Shown: piece after piece, positions 21,725 to 32,674 of the stretch
Layout: each line of letters starts with the position of its first letter
How positions within the stretch are numbered: position 1 is the first letter of the stretch
Sequence record: MT682711.1
DNA: 64,000 nt
Strand: one strand, 5' to 3'
Source: Escherichia phage vB_EcoM_FB
Notes under the pieces: model-generated
Database searches by the model: none
Told to the model about the DNA's origin: nothing
What the model saw: only the letters and a program-made list of their open reading frames with translations
Translations under genes and position numbers: made by a program

Positions 21725-21744
21725 CATCAATAAGAGGACACCCT

Positions 21745-22497
21745 ATGGCTAATATAGTACGTTGTGAAATGCCTGATGGAGTCCACCGATTTAAACCTTT
21801 TACAGTAGCTGATTATCGTGATTTTATTTTGATTCGAAATGACATGAATAATAAATCGCCTGAAGAGCAAAAACAAATTTTAGGTGAGTTACTGGAAGAA
21901 TACTTCGGTGAATATCCTATGTCATGGCGCCCATATATGTTCATTGAACTTTATACGTCATCACTCGGCAAGACCAAAATTCCTATCCGATACACTTGTA
22001 GTAAGTGTGAAAAGGATAGACAAGTTTTATTCAATTTGAAACAGACCAAGTTAGATAATCCCACAATTGAAGTGGCCGGCTTGAAGCTAACATTCAAATT
22101 TCCGGAAATAGAATATCAAGACAAATCCGAATTGATTCTGAACACCCTCCAAACCGTGGAAGATGAAAACGGGAAATATAATTGGACTGACCTTTCTGAA
22201 GAAGACCAATTAGCCGTAATAGATGCTATAGACTTATCCACTTTAGAGGATATAGTCAAACAAACTAGCCCTATTAATTTTGAACTAAAATATGGATGCT
22301 GTAATCGTAGAACAATTACGTATACCGATATTTTAGAGGTGTTTAAGCTTATAGTCAACCCGGATGAGATATTTTTATTTTACCAAATAAACCATTTATT
22401 GGTAAAGAACAATTATTCATTAGAAAGCATTATGCAGATGATTCCAATCGAACGCGGTATTGCTTTGTCTTTGGTTGAAAAGGACCTTAAGAAATGA
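21745..22497 (+). CDS. 51: baseplate hub assembly catalyst gp51
   Basis: Start re-set to ATG 21745 (AAGAGGA SD); [27 protein letters not shown] matches my recollection of the T4 gp51 N-terminus. Confidence 0.85.
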   Translation: MANIVRCEMPDGVHRFKPFTVADYRDFILIRNDMNNKSPEEQKQILGELLEEYFGEYPMSWRPYMFIELYTSSLGKTKIPIRYTCSKCEKDRQVLFNLKQTKLDNPTIEVAGLKLTFKFPEIEYQDKSELILNTLQTVEDENGKYNWTDLSEEDQLAVIDAIDLSTLEDIVKQTSPINFELKYGCCNRRTITYTDILEVFKLIVNPDEIFLFYQINHLLVKNNYSLESIMQMIPIERGIALSLVEKDLKK

Positions 22498-23663
22498 GTT
22501 CAAAAACTATGCAACGTGAAGGCTTTCCTAATATTAGTATACGCCTTTACGAAGATTATGACGCCTGGTTAGAGCATCGTTTTGTTGAACTAGGCGCGAC
22601 ATTTACTACTCTAACAATGCGAGATGGGCTTTACGGTAGTAATGAAGGGTTGCTTCAGTTTTATGATGCAAAGAACCTTCATACTAAAATGGATGGTGAG
22701 CAGATTATTCAAATTTCTGTTAAGAATGCTAACTCTGAACGTACCCAATCAAGAATTTATGGAAGTAAACACTTTGCTGTAGGAGTGGATTCGAAGGGCG
22801 ACAATATCATAACAATACAACTCGCCCCAATCCACTTTTTAGAGAATCTTAAATTTAGTCGTATGTTCTTCCCGAGTGTTCAAGAAACATTAACTGAAAT
22901 GATTGGTGTTATTTATCAAGACCGTCCGCTTCTTGCTCCTCCTTTGAACGGGATAAACGTTTACGTTCCTAATGTTCCTTGGTGTGATTCAATGGACCGT
23001 TATATGGAATTTGTACGAGAAGTAGGTATGGCCGTTGAATCTGATAAATTTGTATTTGTCTGGGAAGATATAGATGGTATTTCTATCATGGACTACGAAT
23101 TTATGGTTAACCAAGAGCCTATTAATTTTGTAGTGGGTGAGCCGCGATTAATAGGTCAATACGTTCAAGATATGGATACACCTATCGCATTTGATTTTGA
23201 ATGGTTAACTAAAGCCAACCAACATTCCAGAAAACCATATGAAAACGCTACTGTATACGCCCACTCTTTCTTAGACAAAAACGCCACACGAATTACTTTT
23301 GGTGACGGGCAAAACAGTATATTGGTTTCTCGCTCCGGTGGATATTCTGATTATACCTACCGAAACGGTTTTGAAGAAGCTGATAGATTAGTTACTATGG
23401 CCCAATACGATGGATACGCTCATTGTAAGGTATATGGTAACTTTGAACTAACTCCAGGCGATAAGATTAATTTCTATGACCCTAAAAACCAATTCCAGTA
23501 CGATTTTTATGTAGACGAAGTTATTCATGAAGTGAGTAACAATACATCAATTACAAACCTTTATATGTTTACTAATGGTAAGCCTATTAAGATTGAAGAA
23601 CCGCCGAAGGTTAAAAATGAACTTAAAACTGATACTCCCGATCAAGAAAATAACGCTGGGTGA
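22494..23663 (+). CDS. 27: baseplate hub protein gp27
   Basis: 389 aa; T4 synteny and length. Confidence 0.9.
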   Translation: MSSKTMQREGFPNISIRLYEDYDAWLEHRFVELGATFTTLTMRDGLYGSNEGLLQFYDAKNLHTKMDGEQIIQISVKNANSERTQSRIYGSKHFAVGVDSKGDNIITIQLAPIHFLENLKFSRMFFPSVQETLTEMIGVIYQDRPLLAPPLNGINVYVPNVPWCDSMDRYMEFVREVGMAVESDKFVFVWEDIDGISIMDYEFMVNQEPINFVVGEPRLIGQYVQDMDTPIAFDFEWLTKANQHSRKPYENATVYAHSFLDKNATRITFGDGQNSILVSRSGGYSDYTYRNGFEEADRLVTMAQYDGYAHCKVYGNFELTPGDKINFYDPKNQFQYDFYVDEVIHEVSNNTSITNLYMFTNGKPIKIEEPPKVKNELKTDTPDQENNAG

Positions 23664-24144
23664 CAAAGAGATTTCCATTCCTAAATTGGGTCTTAAACAC
23701 CAGAAATTGGTTAAAGATGAAAAGGACCCTTACAAGGCCCTCTATATGACAATGGAATCCATTTGTAAAGGACTGTCTGCAGCAGAAACAGATTTTGCTG
23801 CTTTACACCTTTTAGAATTCAACGGACGATTAAAAGAAAAAGTAACTAAAGATGGATTCACATATAATTTAAATGACCTTTATATTTGCCAACGACTTGA
23901 ATTCCAGTTCCAAGGTAAAACATTTAAATTTAAATCACACGAACCATTTCAAACATTTGGTCCTGTTGATAGTGTACTACAATCTCTTTATCTTGGTGAT
24001 GATGTACCAGATTTTCTGGATATGCCTGCCTTTGTTGCTACATGGGCCGACGATATAACTTCTACTGTAGCTATCCCTGGTCCTAATGGTCCTATCAAAG
24101 GATTGCTTAAAATCATGGATATCTTAAATGAAGAACGAATCTAA
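23617..24144 (+). CDS. 28: baseplate hub distal subunit gp28
   Basis: Start set to ATG 23617 inside the 3' end of gene 27; 175 aa, close to T4 gp28 length. Confidence 0.75.
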   Translation: MNLKLILPIKKITLGDKEISIPKLGLKHQKLVKDEKDPYKALYMTMESICKGLSAAETDFAALHLLEFNGRLKEKVTKDGFTYNLNDLYICQRLEFQFQGKTFKFKSHEPFQTFGPVDSVLQSLYLGDDVPDFLDMPAFVATWADDITSTVAIPGPNGPIKGLLKIMDILNEERI

Positions 24145-25864
24145 TCAGAATAGTTTTCGTCGCAATAAACTGATTGAAGAAATGGCTCCTCAGCGTCGTG
24201 CTGAGGCGCTAGCCCAAACTCAGAACGACGAATTAGGAAATATATCAGATGTTTTATCCGATTCCCAGGCGGCGTCTGAATTGCTCTCTGAAGTTGTTGA
24301 GACAAAGTCTAACCAGATTATTAATTCTGTAGACCGAGTAGACAAAAGCGTCCAAGATGTTGTCGCTGGAACAGAATTAACGGCCGAAGCCATATCAGAA
24401 CAAACCCAACAGTCTAAAGCTCTTTCGGATGCATTAAACGAAAAGATTAATAAGCTTTCTAATATGTTGGAGGCTAAATTTTCTGGTATTTCTATTCCAC
24501 CGGAAGGGAGCTCATTAAAGGTTATTGAAGACTCTATTCCAGAAGAACCTAAGGCCGAAACTCCTAAAGTTCCTGCTGTTGTTGAAGATATTCTTCCACC
24601 TGAAGATAATAAACCTGACGCCGAATTTATGCCTGAGCCTCCTAAAAATTCAGATGAAGGTAAAGAAGGTGATAAGACTTCTCTTTCCGAGAAAATCGAA
24701 GCCCTTACTAAAATAACTGAAAAGGGATTTAAAGCTTCTATAGGCGTCGCTGATAGAATTTCAGGCATGCTTTTTAAGTATACCATTACCGCTGCCGCTG
24801 AAGCTGCTAAACTCGCAGCAGGTTTAGTCCTTTTAATATTTGGTATAGATGCCATTCGCGTATACTTCCAATATTTCATGGACCAATTTGAGTCAGGGTG
24901 GAAAGAATTTAACGATAAGTTTAAAGAGTGGGGACCATTACTTGAAGGGCTAATGACATGGGCCAAGAATGCTGAAGCCATGTTTAGTGAAGGAAACTGG
25001 TTAGGTCTGGCTGAAGCTATTATTCGTGGTATGGTTAATCTTACCAAAAATATGGCACAACTTTTAATGCTTGGTATTTCTAAGTTGATTTCTGCTATTT
25101 TAAGTAAAATACCTGGTATGGGTGATTTAGCTGAAAACGTAGAGGCTTCTGCTTTAATGTCATATCAGCAAAATACCGGAGCCACTTTGGACGATGAAGA
25201 CCAAACTAAAGTGGCCAAGTACCATGATAGACGTTCAGCCGAGGCTTTAGAAACAGCCGAGAAAATGAATAAGAAGTATAAGGATAAACCTGAGCTTATA
25301 AACCAGGCAGAGAAATACGGTAATCTTACTAAAGAACAAGCCGACCAATTACGCGCAGGTGGAATTGACACAAGCTTCCGTGACCTCCCTGAAGAAGAAC
25401 GTTTAGAGTATTTCAAGAAACGTGATAAAGCTCAGGCTGATATTATTCGTTTGACACAAACCGCTGATAATATAATGAAGCCAGATTCTAAAGATATCGA
25501 AAATGCTAAAGCATTTAAAGCTGATATCGAGAAACAATTGGCCGACCCTATTATGGCTAAAGGTGGGGCACCGAAAGACCTTAATATCCAGCAATTACTT
25601 GATAAGATGAATAAATCTTTAGAGAAATTTAATGAAGCTGAAAAGCCTAAACCTGCTTCTGTAGCGGAATCTCCTGAAAATACCCAGGTTAAAAAGGTTG
25701 ATGAGCAAATGAGAGCAAAGGAAAATGCTAAATATAGTCAGCAAGCTCCAACTCAAATAAATCAGCAAACGAATATCAAGAAAACGAGTAAGACAAGCTA
25801 TAATATGCCTCCACAGTCCTCTACTCCTGCTCCTGGTATGCGTCAAGCTACTAAAGTTAATTAG
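24128..25864 (+). CDS. 29: baseplate hub / tail length determinant gp29
   Basis: 578 aa; T4 synteny. Confidence 0.9.
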   Translation: MKNESNQNSFRRNKLIEEMAPQRRAEALAQTQNDELGNISDVLSDSQAASELLSEVVETKSNQIINSVDRVDKSVQDVVAGTELTAEAISEQTQQSKALSDALNEKINKLSNMLEAKFSGISIPPEGSSLKVIEDSIPEEPKAETPKVPAVVEDILPPEDNKPDAEFMPEPPKNSDEGKEGDKTSLSEKIEALTKITEKGFKASIGVADRISGMLFKYTITAAAEAAKLAAGLVLLIFGIDAIRVYFQYFMDQFESGWKEFNDKFKEWGPLLEGLMTWAKNAEAMFSEGNWLGLAEAIIRGMVNLTKNMAQLLMLGISKLISAILSKIPGMGDLAENVEASALMSYQQNTGATLDDEDQTKVAKYHDRRSAEALETAEKMNKKYKDKPELINQAEKYGNLTKEQADQLRAGGIDTSFRDLPEEERLEYFKKRDKAQADIIRLTQTADNIMKPDSKDIENAKAFKADIEKQLADPIMAKGGAPKDLNIQQLLDKMNKSLEKFNEAEKPKPASVAESPENTQVKKVDEQMRAKENAKYSQQAPTQINQQTNIKKTSKTSYNMPPQSSTPAPGMRQATKVN

Positions 25865-25872
25865 GATTAATA

Positions 25873-26961
25873 ATGAAAGTAAAAGAACTTGACTTTGATG
25901 TAGCCTCCTTGTTTAAAGGAGGTTCAAAGACCTCCGCAGGTCAATCTAAAACACCACCAATAAAAACCACGGTAACCGCTCAGTATCCAGCTGAGCGGGC
26001 TTCAGGTAATGATACCTCAACCGATATGGTATTAAACGACCTCTATAAAAATGGATTGCTTTTTACCGCATATAATTTTAGTTCTCGTGTATCTCCGGAT
26101 TTGCGTAACGACCGTTCGAGTCAAATGACTAAAAAGTTCTCAAGTGCAGCCAGCAAATTAACAGGCAATAGTGGAACATATAGTGCTGTTAAAAACTTAT
26201 TTGGTGGAAATACTAAGGGCGTTAAATTTGATACCCAAGCCTTAGCTAATATCCTTTTACCTCGTTCTAAATCTGATGTGGATTCCGTATCACACAAATT
26301 TAATGATGTTGGTGAGTCCTTAATTACTAAAGGCGGTGGTACTGCTACAGGTATTTTAAGTAACGTTGCTAGTACCGCGGTATTTGGTGCATTAGAATCT
26401 GTGACTAACGGCGTAATGGCTGATTCAGGCGAACAGATATACACTACAGCTCGTAGTATGTACGCCGGTCCGGATAACCGTACTAAGGTATTCACTTGGG
26501 AAATGACTCCACGAAATGCCCAAGACCTTATCCAGATTATTAAAATATACGAAATCTTCAACTATTATTCTTACGGCGAAACGGGTAATTCGGCTTTCGC
26601 AGGTGAATTAAAAGAGAAGATTGATACTTGGTATCGTTCTACATTTAAAAAAGAAGCTATTGACAAGTTTGATGGTAAGCTATTAGGGGAAAGTATTACA
26701 AGCTTCCTTTCTAATGTTATTGTGGTAAGTAACCCAACCATTTGGTATATCCGAAACTTTGGTGATAGCAGTTCATATGATGGTCGTGAAGATATTTTTG
26801 GCCCATGCCAAATCCAGAGTATCCGTTTTGATAAAACTCCGGACGGCCATTTTAACGGATTGGCTATTGCTCCTAACTTACCATCTACGTTTAGTTTAGA
26901 AGTTACTTTCCGTGAAATTATTACTCTGAACCGTGGCTCACTTTATACGGAAGGATTCTAA
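25873..26961 (+). CDS. 48: baseplate tail-tube cap gp48
   Basis: 362 aa; T4 synteny. Confidence 0.9.
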   Translation: MKVKELDFDVASLFKGGSKTSAGQSKTPPIKTTVTAQYPAERASGNDTSTDMVLNDLYKNGLLFTAYNFSSRVSPDLRNDRSSQMTKKFSSAASKLTGNSGTYSAVKNLFGGNTKGVKFDTQALANILLPRSKSDVDSVSHKFNDVGESLITKGGGTATGILSNVASTAVFGALESVTNGVMADSGEQIYTTARSMYAGPDNRTKVFTWEMTPRNAQDLIQIIKIYEIFNYYSYGETGNSAFAGELKEKIDTWYRSTFKKEAIDKFDGKLLGESITSFLSNVIVVSNPTIWYIRNFGDSSSYDGREDIFGPCQIQSIRFDKTPDGHFNGLAIAPNLPSTFSLEVTFREIITLNRGSLYTEGF

Positions 26962-27902
26962 TGTATACTTTACAAGAATTTCAGAATCAGGCAATTAATA
27001 TTGACCTACAAAGGAATAACCTGTTTAGTGTGGTATTTGCCACAGTTCCTTCTTCTAAATCTCAGACGCTCCTCGACCAGTTCGGTGGAGCTTTATTTAA
27101 CAATATCCCATTGAATAGCGATTTGTTTGGTATTACACAAGGAGAGTTGACCCAAGGTGTTACGACATTAGTGACAGCGGGCACTCAGAAGTTGATTCGT
27201 AAGTCAGGCATAAGTAAATATTTGATTGGAGCTATGTCATCCAGGGTTGTGCAGAGCTTACTAGGAGAGTTTGAAGTAGGTACATATCTGATGGATTTTT
27301 TCAATATGGCCTATCCTACGGCAGGTCTTTTAGTCCACGCCGTTAAAATCCCGGATAATACTTTGAACTATGAAATGGATTTGAACCACAACTCACCTAA
27401 CATCAAAATTACCGGAAGAGAATATTCTCCATTAGTATTAAGCTTCCGTATGGATTCTGAAGCTGCTAACTACCGTGCTTTTAATGATTGGGTCAATAGT
27501 GTTCAAGACCCTATTACACAATTAAGAGCATTACCGGAGGATGTTGAAGCTGACATTCAAGTCAACCTTCATTCCCGTAATGGATTACCACATACGGTAG
27601 TAATGCTTAATGGTTGCGTTCCAATGAGCGTATCTTCCCCGGAATTATCTTACGACGGTGATAACCAAATTGCTTCATTTGATGTTACATTTGCTTATAG
27701 AAGTGTACAGACTGGTGCAGTTGGCAAACAAGCTGCTTATGAATGGTTGGAAGATAAAGTCCTTAAAGGCGTGGCGGGTATAAGTGAGAGCAATTCCCTG
27801 AGTTCTTCAGTGGCCAAATTAAGTAGACTTTCAGGAGCTTCTAGTGGATTAACAGGATTAGTTAATACATTCGGCGGGCGTGCTATTAATAATGGAATAT
27901 AG
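26961..27902 (+). CDS. 54: baseplate tail-tube initiator gp54
   Basis: 313 aa; gp19-like tube fold family; T4 synteny. Confidence 0.9.
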   Translation: MYTLQEFQNQAINIDLQRNNLFSVVFATVPSSKSQTLLDQFGGALFNNIPLNSDLFGITQGELTQGVTTLVTAGTQKLIRKSGISKYLIGAMSSRVVQSLLGEFEVGTYLMDFFNMAYPTAGLLVHAVKIPDNTLNYEMDLNHNSPNIKITGREYSPLVLSFRMDSEAANYRAFNDWVNSVQDPITQLRALPEDVEADIQVNLHSRNGLPHTVVMLNGCVPMSVSSPELSYDGDNQIASFDVTFAYRSVQTGAVGKQAAYEWLEDKVLKGVAGISESNSLSSSVAKLSRLSGASSGLTGLVNTFGGRAINNGI

Positions 27903-27920
27903 AGGTTGCTATAACAAAAA

Positions 27921-27940
27921 AGGAGAGCGTACGCTCTCCT
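27921..27940. terminator. bidirectional terminator between gene 54 and the alt-side operon
   Basis: AGGAGAGCG-TA-CGCTCTCCT perfect stem flanked by A-run and T-rich tail. Confidence 0.7.
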
Positions 27941-27948
27941 TTAGGGGT

Positions 27949-28239
27949 TTATTTACGGAACGAAATGAAACCTGCTGCAGTCATTAGTGGTTGCTTTTTA
28001 ACAAACACCGTAACTGAAATAGGAGCTTCAGATTCGAGCTGTCCTGTCACTACACCATTAAAGATATTTTCAGTTTGTTCCGGCTGAGAAAAGTTCTCAA
28101 CAGGACGGATATCAAATTGCTTATCTTCACCGAAAACTCGACGCAATTCATTACCAACTGCACTGTCAAACTCTTCGGAAGCAGGGATAACGTTTTCAAC
28201 TACCAGTTCTTGACCATTAAAACGGAATGCAGATTTCAT
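27949..28239 (-). CDS. hypothetical protein (96 aa), alt.-x slot
   Basis: ATG 28239; early promoter and GAGGAG leader upstream; no recognizable motif. Confidence 0.5.
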   Translation of the reverse strand: MKSAFRFNGQELVVENVIPASEEFDSAVGNELRRVFGEDKQFDIRPVENFSQPEQTENIFNGVVTGQLESEAPISVTVFVKKQPLMTAAGFISFRK

Positions 28240-28267
28240 AATGTTCTCCTCATGTTTGTGTAAGGTA

Positions 28268-28297
28268 ATAGTAACACCATCCTTGGCGTTTGTAAAC
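28268..28297 (-). promoter_or_regulatory. T4-type early promoter, cassette copy, immediately after the Alt-A stop
   Basis: Minus strand GTTTAC, 18-nt spacer, TACTAT, then leader ...ACATGAGGAGAACATTATG. Confidence 0.55.
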
Positions 28298-30348
28298 TAC
28301 CCTTGTACAAATTTATATTGGAGAGCGTCGATATCTATACAAGAAGCTAACAAGCCAAGACCTCTGTCTGAGTTCTTTTTCTTCTCATTAGAAACAAATG
28401 AATCAAAAGAAAGCTCACCACCATCTTTATAGACAACGAGTTCTCCTGTTTCCATTAGGGCATCACCGTCGTATACTACAGCTTCATTAAGTTCATCTGC
28501 AGTCATTACTTCGGCTTGAATAAACTTATTGTTAGAACGAGTAGTCCCGTTGTTATATGAGGCATCTGTAATTTTATTGATTTTAACCATCAACCCTCTA
28601 GGAAGAATTACTTCCATTTCGTTAGAAGGGGCTAGGTCTCCACCAGGTAAAACGACATTTACTTTATTAGCACCAGTAATGGCCCAACCGATACCTACTA
28701 AGGTATCTTTAACTGAATATACCAAGCCTTCATCAGATTTATCTAAAGCAACATCTCGACGCTTTTCATCAGGTAAAACACCAACACCAGAATCGGTCAT
28801 CCATGTACCAAAAATATTTGGATAAAGTGATGTTGATACAAAGTTCCTGAAATAGAATACTTTGTTTTTAACCATAGCCAGGTAAATATCAGGAATCATT
28901 CGTTGAGAACGATAAAGCGTGATACCTTCCGGAAGTTGTTCACCATTTTCAAAAGCAGAATCTAAGTTATTGATAGCTTTTTCTATCTCTTCATTAGTCA
29001 AAATACTGGTTCTTGTATTAGGGTCGCGGATTCCTAAAAGAACATTATTCATATCTTCGTAACCGGAGCCAACGTATTCACGAATACCACGCTTCTGTGC
29101 TGGTGTATAACGAGATACGTCTTTATTTTCTACAATAGAATGTAATTGCCAACCCGCGGTAAGAGCATAAACACGCAGTTCGCGCTGAATAATTTTGGTC
29201 TTTATAGCATTCCAAGAATTTTCGGCTAACTCTATGGCTTCGTGATAACCTAAGTGAGAATGCCGGGCCATTAGTTTTTGAAGCCAAGGGCCTTTATATT
29301 CTTCGATGACATCATCAACCACTGAAGCATAATTTTCTAGAGCTTTTACTGAAGTCACATTTAATCCATGTAATTTCTCAAAAGCTCTCATTTTTATGTC
29401 GGTATTAATTTCTTCCATTTTATCTTCTGGAATAAGAAGGTTGTCTTTAAACGACATACCGCCGGTATTAGCACTAATGGTATTTTCTAAAGCCAAGAAA
29501 GAATTAGAAATAACCTTTATTTCATTTGCTTCCGGCATTAAAGGACCTGTAGCAGGTTTATTCAATTCGACAGCATTAGACTCAAATTTCTTAAACATTG
29601 GAGTTTCGAAACGAGATGATTCTAAGGATTGCGACATAGCAATAGCACGACGTGAAATCTTAGTCTTGGTAATGACAGCCTTATCAGTACGTTTCTCTTC
29701 AACTTTAGCTATACTTGCCGAGACGGCTTCGGCCTTACTTACGGCCTGGCCAGTTTCCTTAGAAACATAAACTTCGCCAACTTTAGACTCAACCTTAGTA
29801 TAAAGCTCGGCATCAATTTCAGGCATACCCTTAATATCTTCAATATTAGTACCACGACGTACTAAAAGAACATAGGTATGTTTTCCGGTGAATTGGTACA
29901 TGGCATCAACAACTTTAAACTTACCACCAGTACGAGCCATAGCTAAACGAGCTAATACACGCTGAACAGTAGGACCCTTACCTTTCATTTTCTTGGTAGG
30001 GAACCGGAAAAGAACTGCATCCATTTTAAGTTTGTTTACTTGTTCGTATACAGTATCAAAAATGGTATTCAGCGTACCAAGTGGGTCAGAACCTAACCCA
30101 CCTTTCAACTCGGCTGGGCTACCCTTAGCAGACAAACTCATCAAAATAACATGAACATATTTGTCTCCGGGCTTAACCATTTTAATAGCGTCTCCTTGAG
30201 ACGCATAAGATACCATACGAGCAACCAGGTTATCATTACCTGGCGCTTTAATAGAGAAAATCTGTGGGATACCGGAACCTGGTTTAAGATTTATTACTGG
30301 ATAGTTTTTATCGGAATCACTATCAAAAACCTCGTTTAAATTTTCCAT
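28297..30348 (-). CDS. alt: Alt-like ADP-ribosyltransferase, paralog A
   Basis: 683 aa (T4 Alt about 682); R-S-E ART motifs (YRSQRM, FRNFVSTS, NEMEVILPRGL); strong match to my recollection of T4 Alt. Confidence 0.85.
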   Translation of the reverse strand: MENLNEVFDSDSDKNYPVINLKPGSGIPQIFSIKAPGNDNLVARMVSYASQGDAIKMVKPGDKYVHVILMSLSAKGSPAELKGGLGSDPLGTLNTIFDTVYEQVNKLKMDAVLFRFPTKKMKGKGPTVQRVLARLAMARTGGKFKVVDAMYQFTGKHTYVLLVRRGTNIEDIKGMPEIDAELYTKVESKVGEVYVSKETGQAVSKAEAVSASIAKVEEKRTDKAVITKTKISRRAIAMSQSLESSRFETPMFKKFESNAVELNKPATGPLMPEANEIKVISNSFLALENTISANTGGMSFKDNLLIPEDKMEEINTDIKMRAFEKLHGLNVTSVKALENYASVVDDVIEEYKGPWLQKLMARHSHLGYHEAIELAENSWNAIKTKIIQRELRVYALTAGWQLHSIVENKDVSRYTPAQKRGIREYVGSGYEDMNNVLLGIRDPNTRTSILTNEEIEKAINNLDSAFENGEQLPEGITLYRSQRMIPDIYLAMVKNKVFYFRNFVSTSLYPNIFGTWMTDSGVGVLPDEKRRDVALDKSDEGLVYSVKDTLVGIGWAITGANKVNVVLPGGDLAPSNEMEVILPRGLMVKINKITDASYNNGTTRSNNKFIQAEVMTADELNEAVVYDGDALMETGELVVYKDGGELSFDSFVSNEKKKNSDRGLGLLASCIDIDALQYKFVQG

Positions 30349-30351
30349 TAT

Positions 30352-32436
30352 TTACCCTTGGATGAATTTTTCTGGGATGTCATAGAGGTCTATGCATGAA
30401 GCCAAAAGAGGCAGTACATCAAACCGTGTAGATTTAACAAATGAATCAAAAGATACGGGGCTTTCGGAAGTATCGAAGTCATCTTGATATACGACCAACT
30501 CGCCGGTTTCCATTAGTACGTCACCATCATATACCACAGATTCTTGAAGCTCATCTGTTGTCATAACTTCAGCTTGGATGAGTTTTGTATTACTAGATGT
30601 TGTTCCATCATTATTAGAAGCATCTGTTATTTTATTAACTTTGACCATTAATCCACGCGGTAGAATAACTTCGGCTTCAGTTGCTATTCCGAGATTTCCT
30701 GGATATACGACATTAACTTTATGAGCCCCATCAATGGCCCATCCTATTTGAACCTTAACGTAATCGGGATTTTCCTTATACGCTCTTATTTCATTAGGAT
30801 TAATAGTTATTCCTTCTTCATTTTTATCAACTGTCAATTCGTTGCGAACTTCCGGTTCTAAAAGACCAATACCAGCGTGCGTAACACCAAAACGTCCGAA
30901 AATTATAGGAGTTAAAGAAGTAGATACAAAATTTCTAAAATAAAACACTTTATTTTTAACTAGTGCTTCGTATATAGGAGCAGTCATACTCTGGGCACGA
31001 TAAACTGTAATGCCTTCCGGTATACGGTCACCATTTTCAAAAGCTGAATCTAAATTATTTACAGCGGATTCGATATCTTTTTCGCTCATAACCTCATAGT
31101 TCTGAGGATTATAACGTCCTAAAAGAAGATTATTTATGTCTGTATATCCTGAACCACAATATTCTCTGATGCCGCGCTTTTGTGATGGGGTATATTTAGA
31201 GCCCTCACGAGCAATAGTAATATCGACCATAATACCACCACCTACACCAGCAAAACTATACACACGTTTTTTAATGAACTTAGTCTTGGCTGCTTTCCAC
31301 TTGGACTCGGTTAATTCATTCCAGACGTCGTCAGGTTGGCCTTTACGAGTTCTGTTATGGATAGCCAGCCACTCGCCTTTATATTCTTCGAAAATGGTAT
31401 TAATGGTAGAGGCATATTTTTCCAGGGCTTTAACAGATGTCAAAGGTTCATTTTTGATAGCTGTAAGAATTTTCTCTTTAATTTTCTCTTGGATTTCACC
31501 AATACCGTGAAGTGGGAACAATTTATAGTCGTAATGCAATTCTTCAGCAGTGCCTTCAGCTACTATATTAGCAACCTTATTTTTAGCCGCAGGAGAATTG
31601 TTATTAGTGACCATTTCCTGGGCCTCAGGGATTAATGGAACTGTTGCCGGTTTATTAAAATCTACTGCAGTAGCTTCATATTTCTTAAACAGCTCACTTT
31701 CATTACGATAAGATTCTAACGATTGACTTGCCGCAATAGCACGTCGAGAAATCTTAGTCTTGGTTATAACCATTTTATCAGTGCGACGTTCTTCAACCTT
31801 AGCAATACTACCGGCGATAGCAGTTTCTTTAGTAACCTGCACGCCTTCTTTTTTAGAAATATAAACTTCACCGACATCAGAATCTACCTTAGTATACAAT
31901 TCAGCATTAATTCCAGGCATACCTTTGATATCTTCTATATCAGCTTGTTTACGAACTACCAGGATGTAAGTATGTTTACCGGTAAATTGGTACATAGCCG
32001 GAACTACTTTAAAACGTCCACCTGTTTTCTGTGCTACCAAACGTTGGATAATCCGTTGAACGATAGGGCCTTGACCTTTCATTTTCTTAGTAGGGAAACG
32101 GAACATCACGGCATCCATACGAAGCTTTTTAACTTGGTCATAAACCACATCAAAAATAGTATTAATCGCATCTACGGGAGTAGGGCCTAGGCCACCTTTA
32201 AGTTCGGCAGGCGAACCTTTAGCTGAAAGGCTCATAAGGATAACGTGGGCATATTTATCACCCATCTTAACCTGTTTAATAGCATCACCTTCAGAAGCGT
32301 AGGATACCATACGCGCCACTAATTGGGATTCTGCGTCACCAATCTTCCAAATCTGGGGTACTTTAAGTTTTGGGTTCAAGTTTACTGTAGGCAGTGTGCC
32401 TTCGGACTCAAACACTTCATTTAATTGTTCGGTCAT
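30352..32436 (-). CDS. Alt-like ADP-ribosyltransferase, paralog B
   Basis: 694 aa; same architecture and ART motifs (YRAQSM, FRNFVSTS, TEAEVILPRGL); differs from A mainly between the STS and ExE motifs; only 3 nt separate B stop from A start. Confidence 0.85.
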   Translation of the reverse strand: MTEQLNEVFESEGTLPTVNLNPKLKVPQIWKIGDAESQLVARMVSYASEGDAIKQVKMGDKYAHVILMSLSAKGSPAELKGGLGPTPVDAINTIFDVVYDQVKKLRMDAVMFRFPTKKMKGQGPIVQRIIQRLVAQKTGGRFKVVPAMYQFTGKHTYILVVRKQADIEDIKGMPGINAELYTKVDSDVGEVYISKKEGVQVTKETAIAGSIAKVEERRTDKMVITKTKISRRAIAASQSLESYRNESELFKKYEATAVDFNKPATVPLIPEAQEMVTNNNSPAAKNKVANIVAEGTAEELHYDYKLFPLHGIGEIQEKIKEKILTAIKNEPLTSVKALEKYASTINTIFEEYKGEWLAIHNRTRKGQPDDVWNELTESKWKAAKTKFIKKRVYSFAGVGGGIMVDITIAREGSKYTPSQKRGIREYCGSGYTDINNLLLGRYNPQNYEVMSEKDIESAVNNLDSAFENGDRIPEGITVYRAQSMTAPIYEALVKNKVFYFRNFVSTSLTPIIFGRFGVTHAGIGLLEPEVRNELTVDKNEEGITINPNEIRAYKENPDYVKVQIGWAIDGAHKVNVVYPGNLGIATEAEVILPRGLMVKVNKITDASNNDGTTSSNTKLIQAEVMTTDELQESVVYDGDVLMETGELVVYQDDFDTSESPVSFDSFVKSTRFDVLPLLASCIDLYDIPEKFIQG

Positions 32437-32490
32437 AATAATTCCTCTTTAATAACCTTATTTATGCCAGAAAAGGCCCGAAGGCCTTTA

Positions 32491-32673
32491 TTAAAGTACT
32501 AACAGCGTACGGTACACTTCAAATTTAGGACCCTTTTCATAGCGGTCGAAATTATCTTTAAAATCAGCGAACGCGATTTCATTTTCAAATTCAAGGACAA
32601 TTTGGGACACTGCAGTGGAGACATCCCCACCTTCTTTATATCCAATAACCACGGTTTCTAAATAAGCTTTCAT
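32491..32673 (-). CDS. hypothetical small protein (60 aa) between ligase and Alt-B
   Basis: ATG 32673 lies 1 nt from the ligase stop; track ORF extends to a TTG at 32715; followed by hairpin 32472-32489. Confidence 0.35.
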   Translation of the reverse strand: MKAYLETVVIGYKEGGDVSTAVSQIVLEFENEIAFADFKDNFDRYEKGPKFEVYRTLLVL

Positions 32674-32674
32674 A

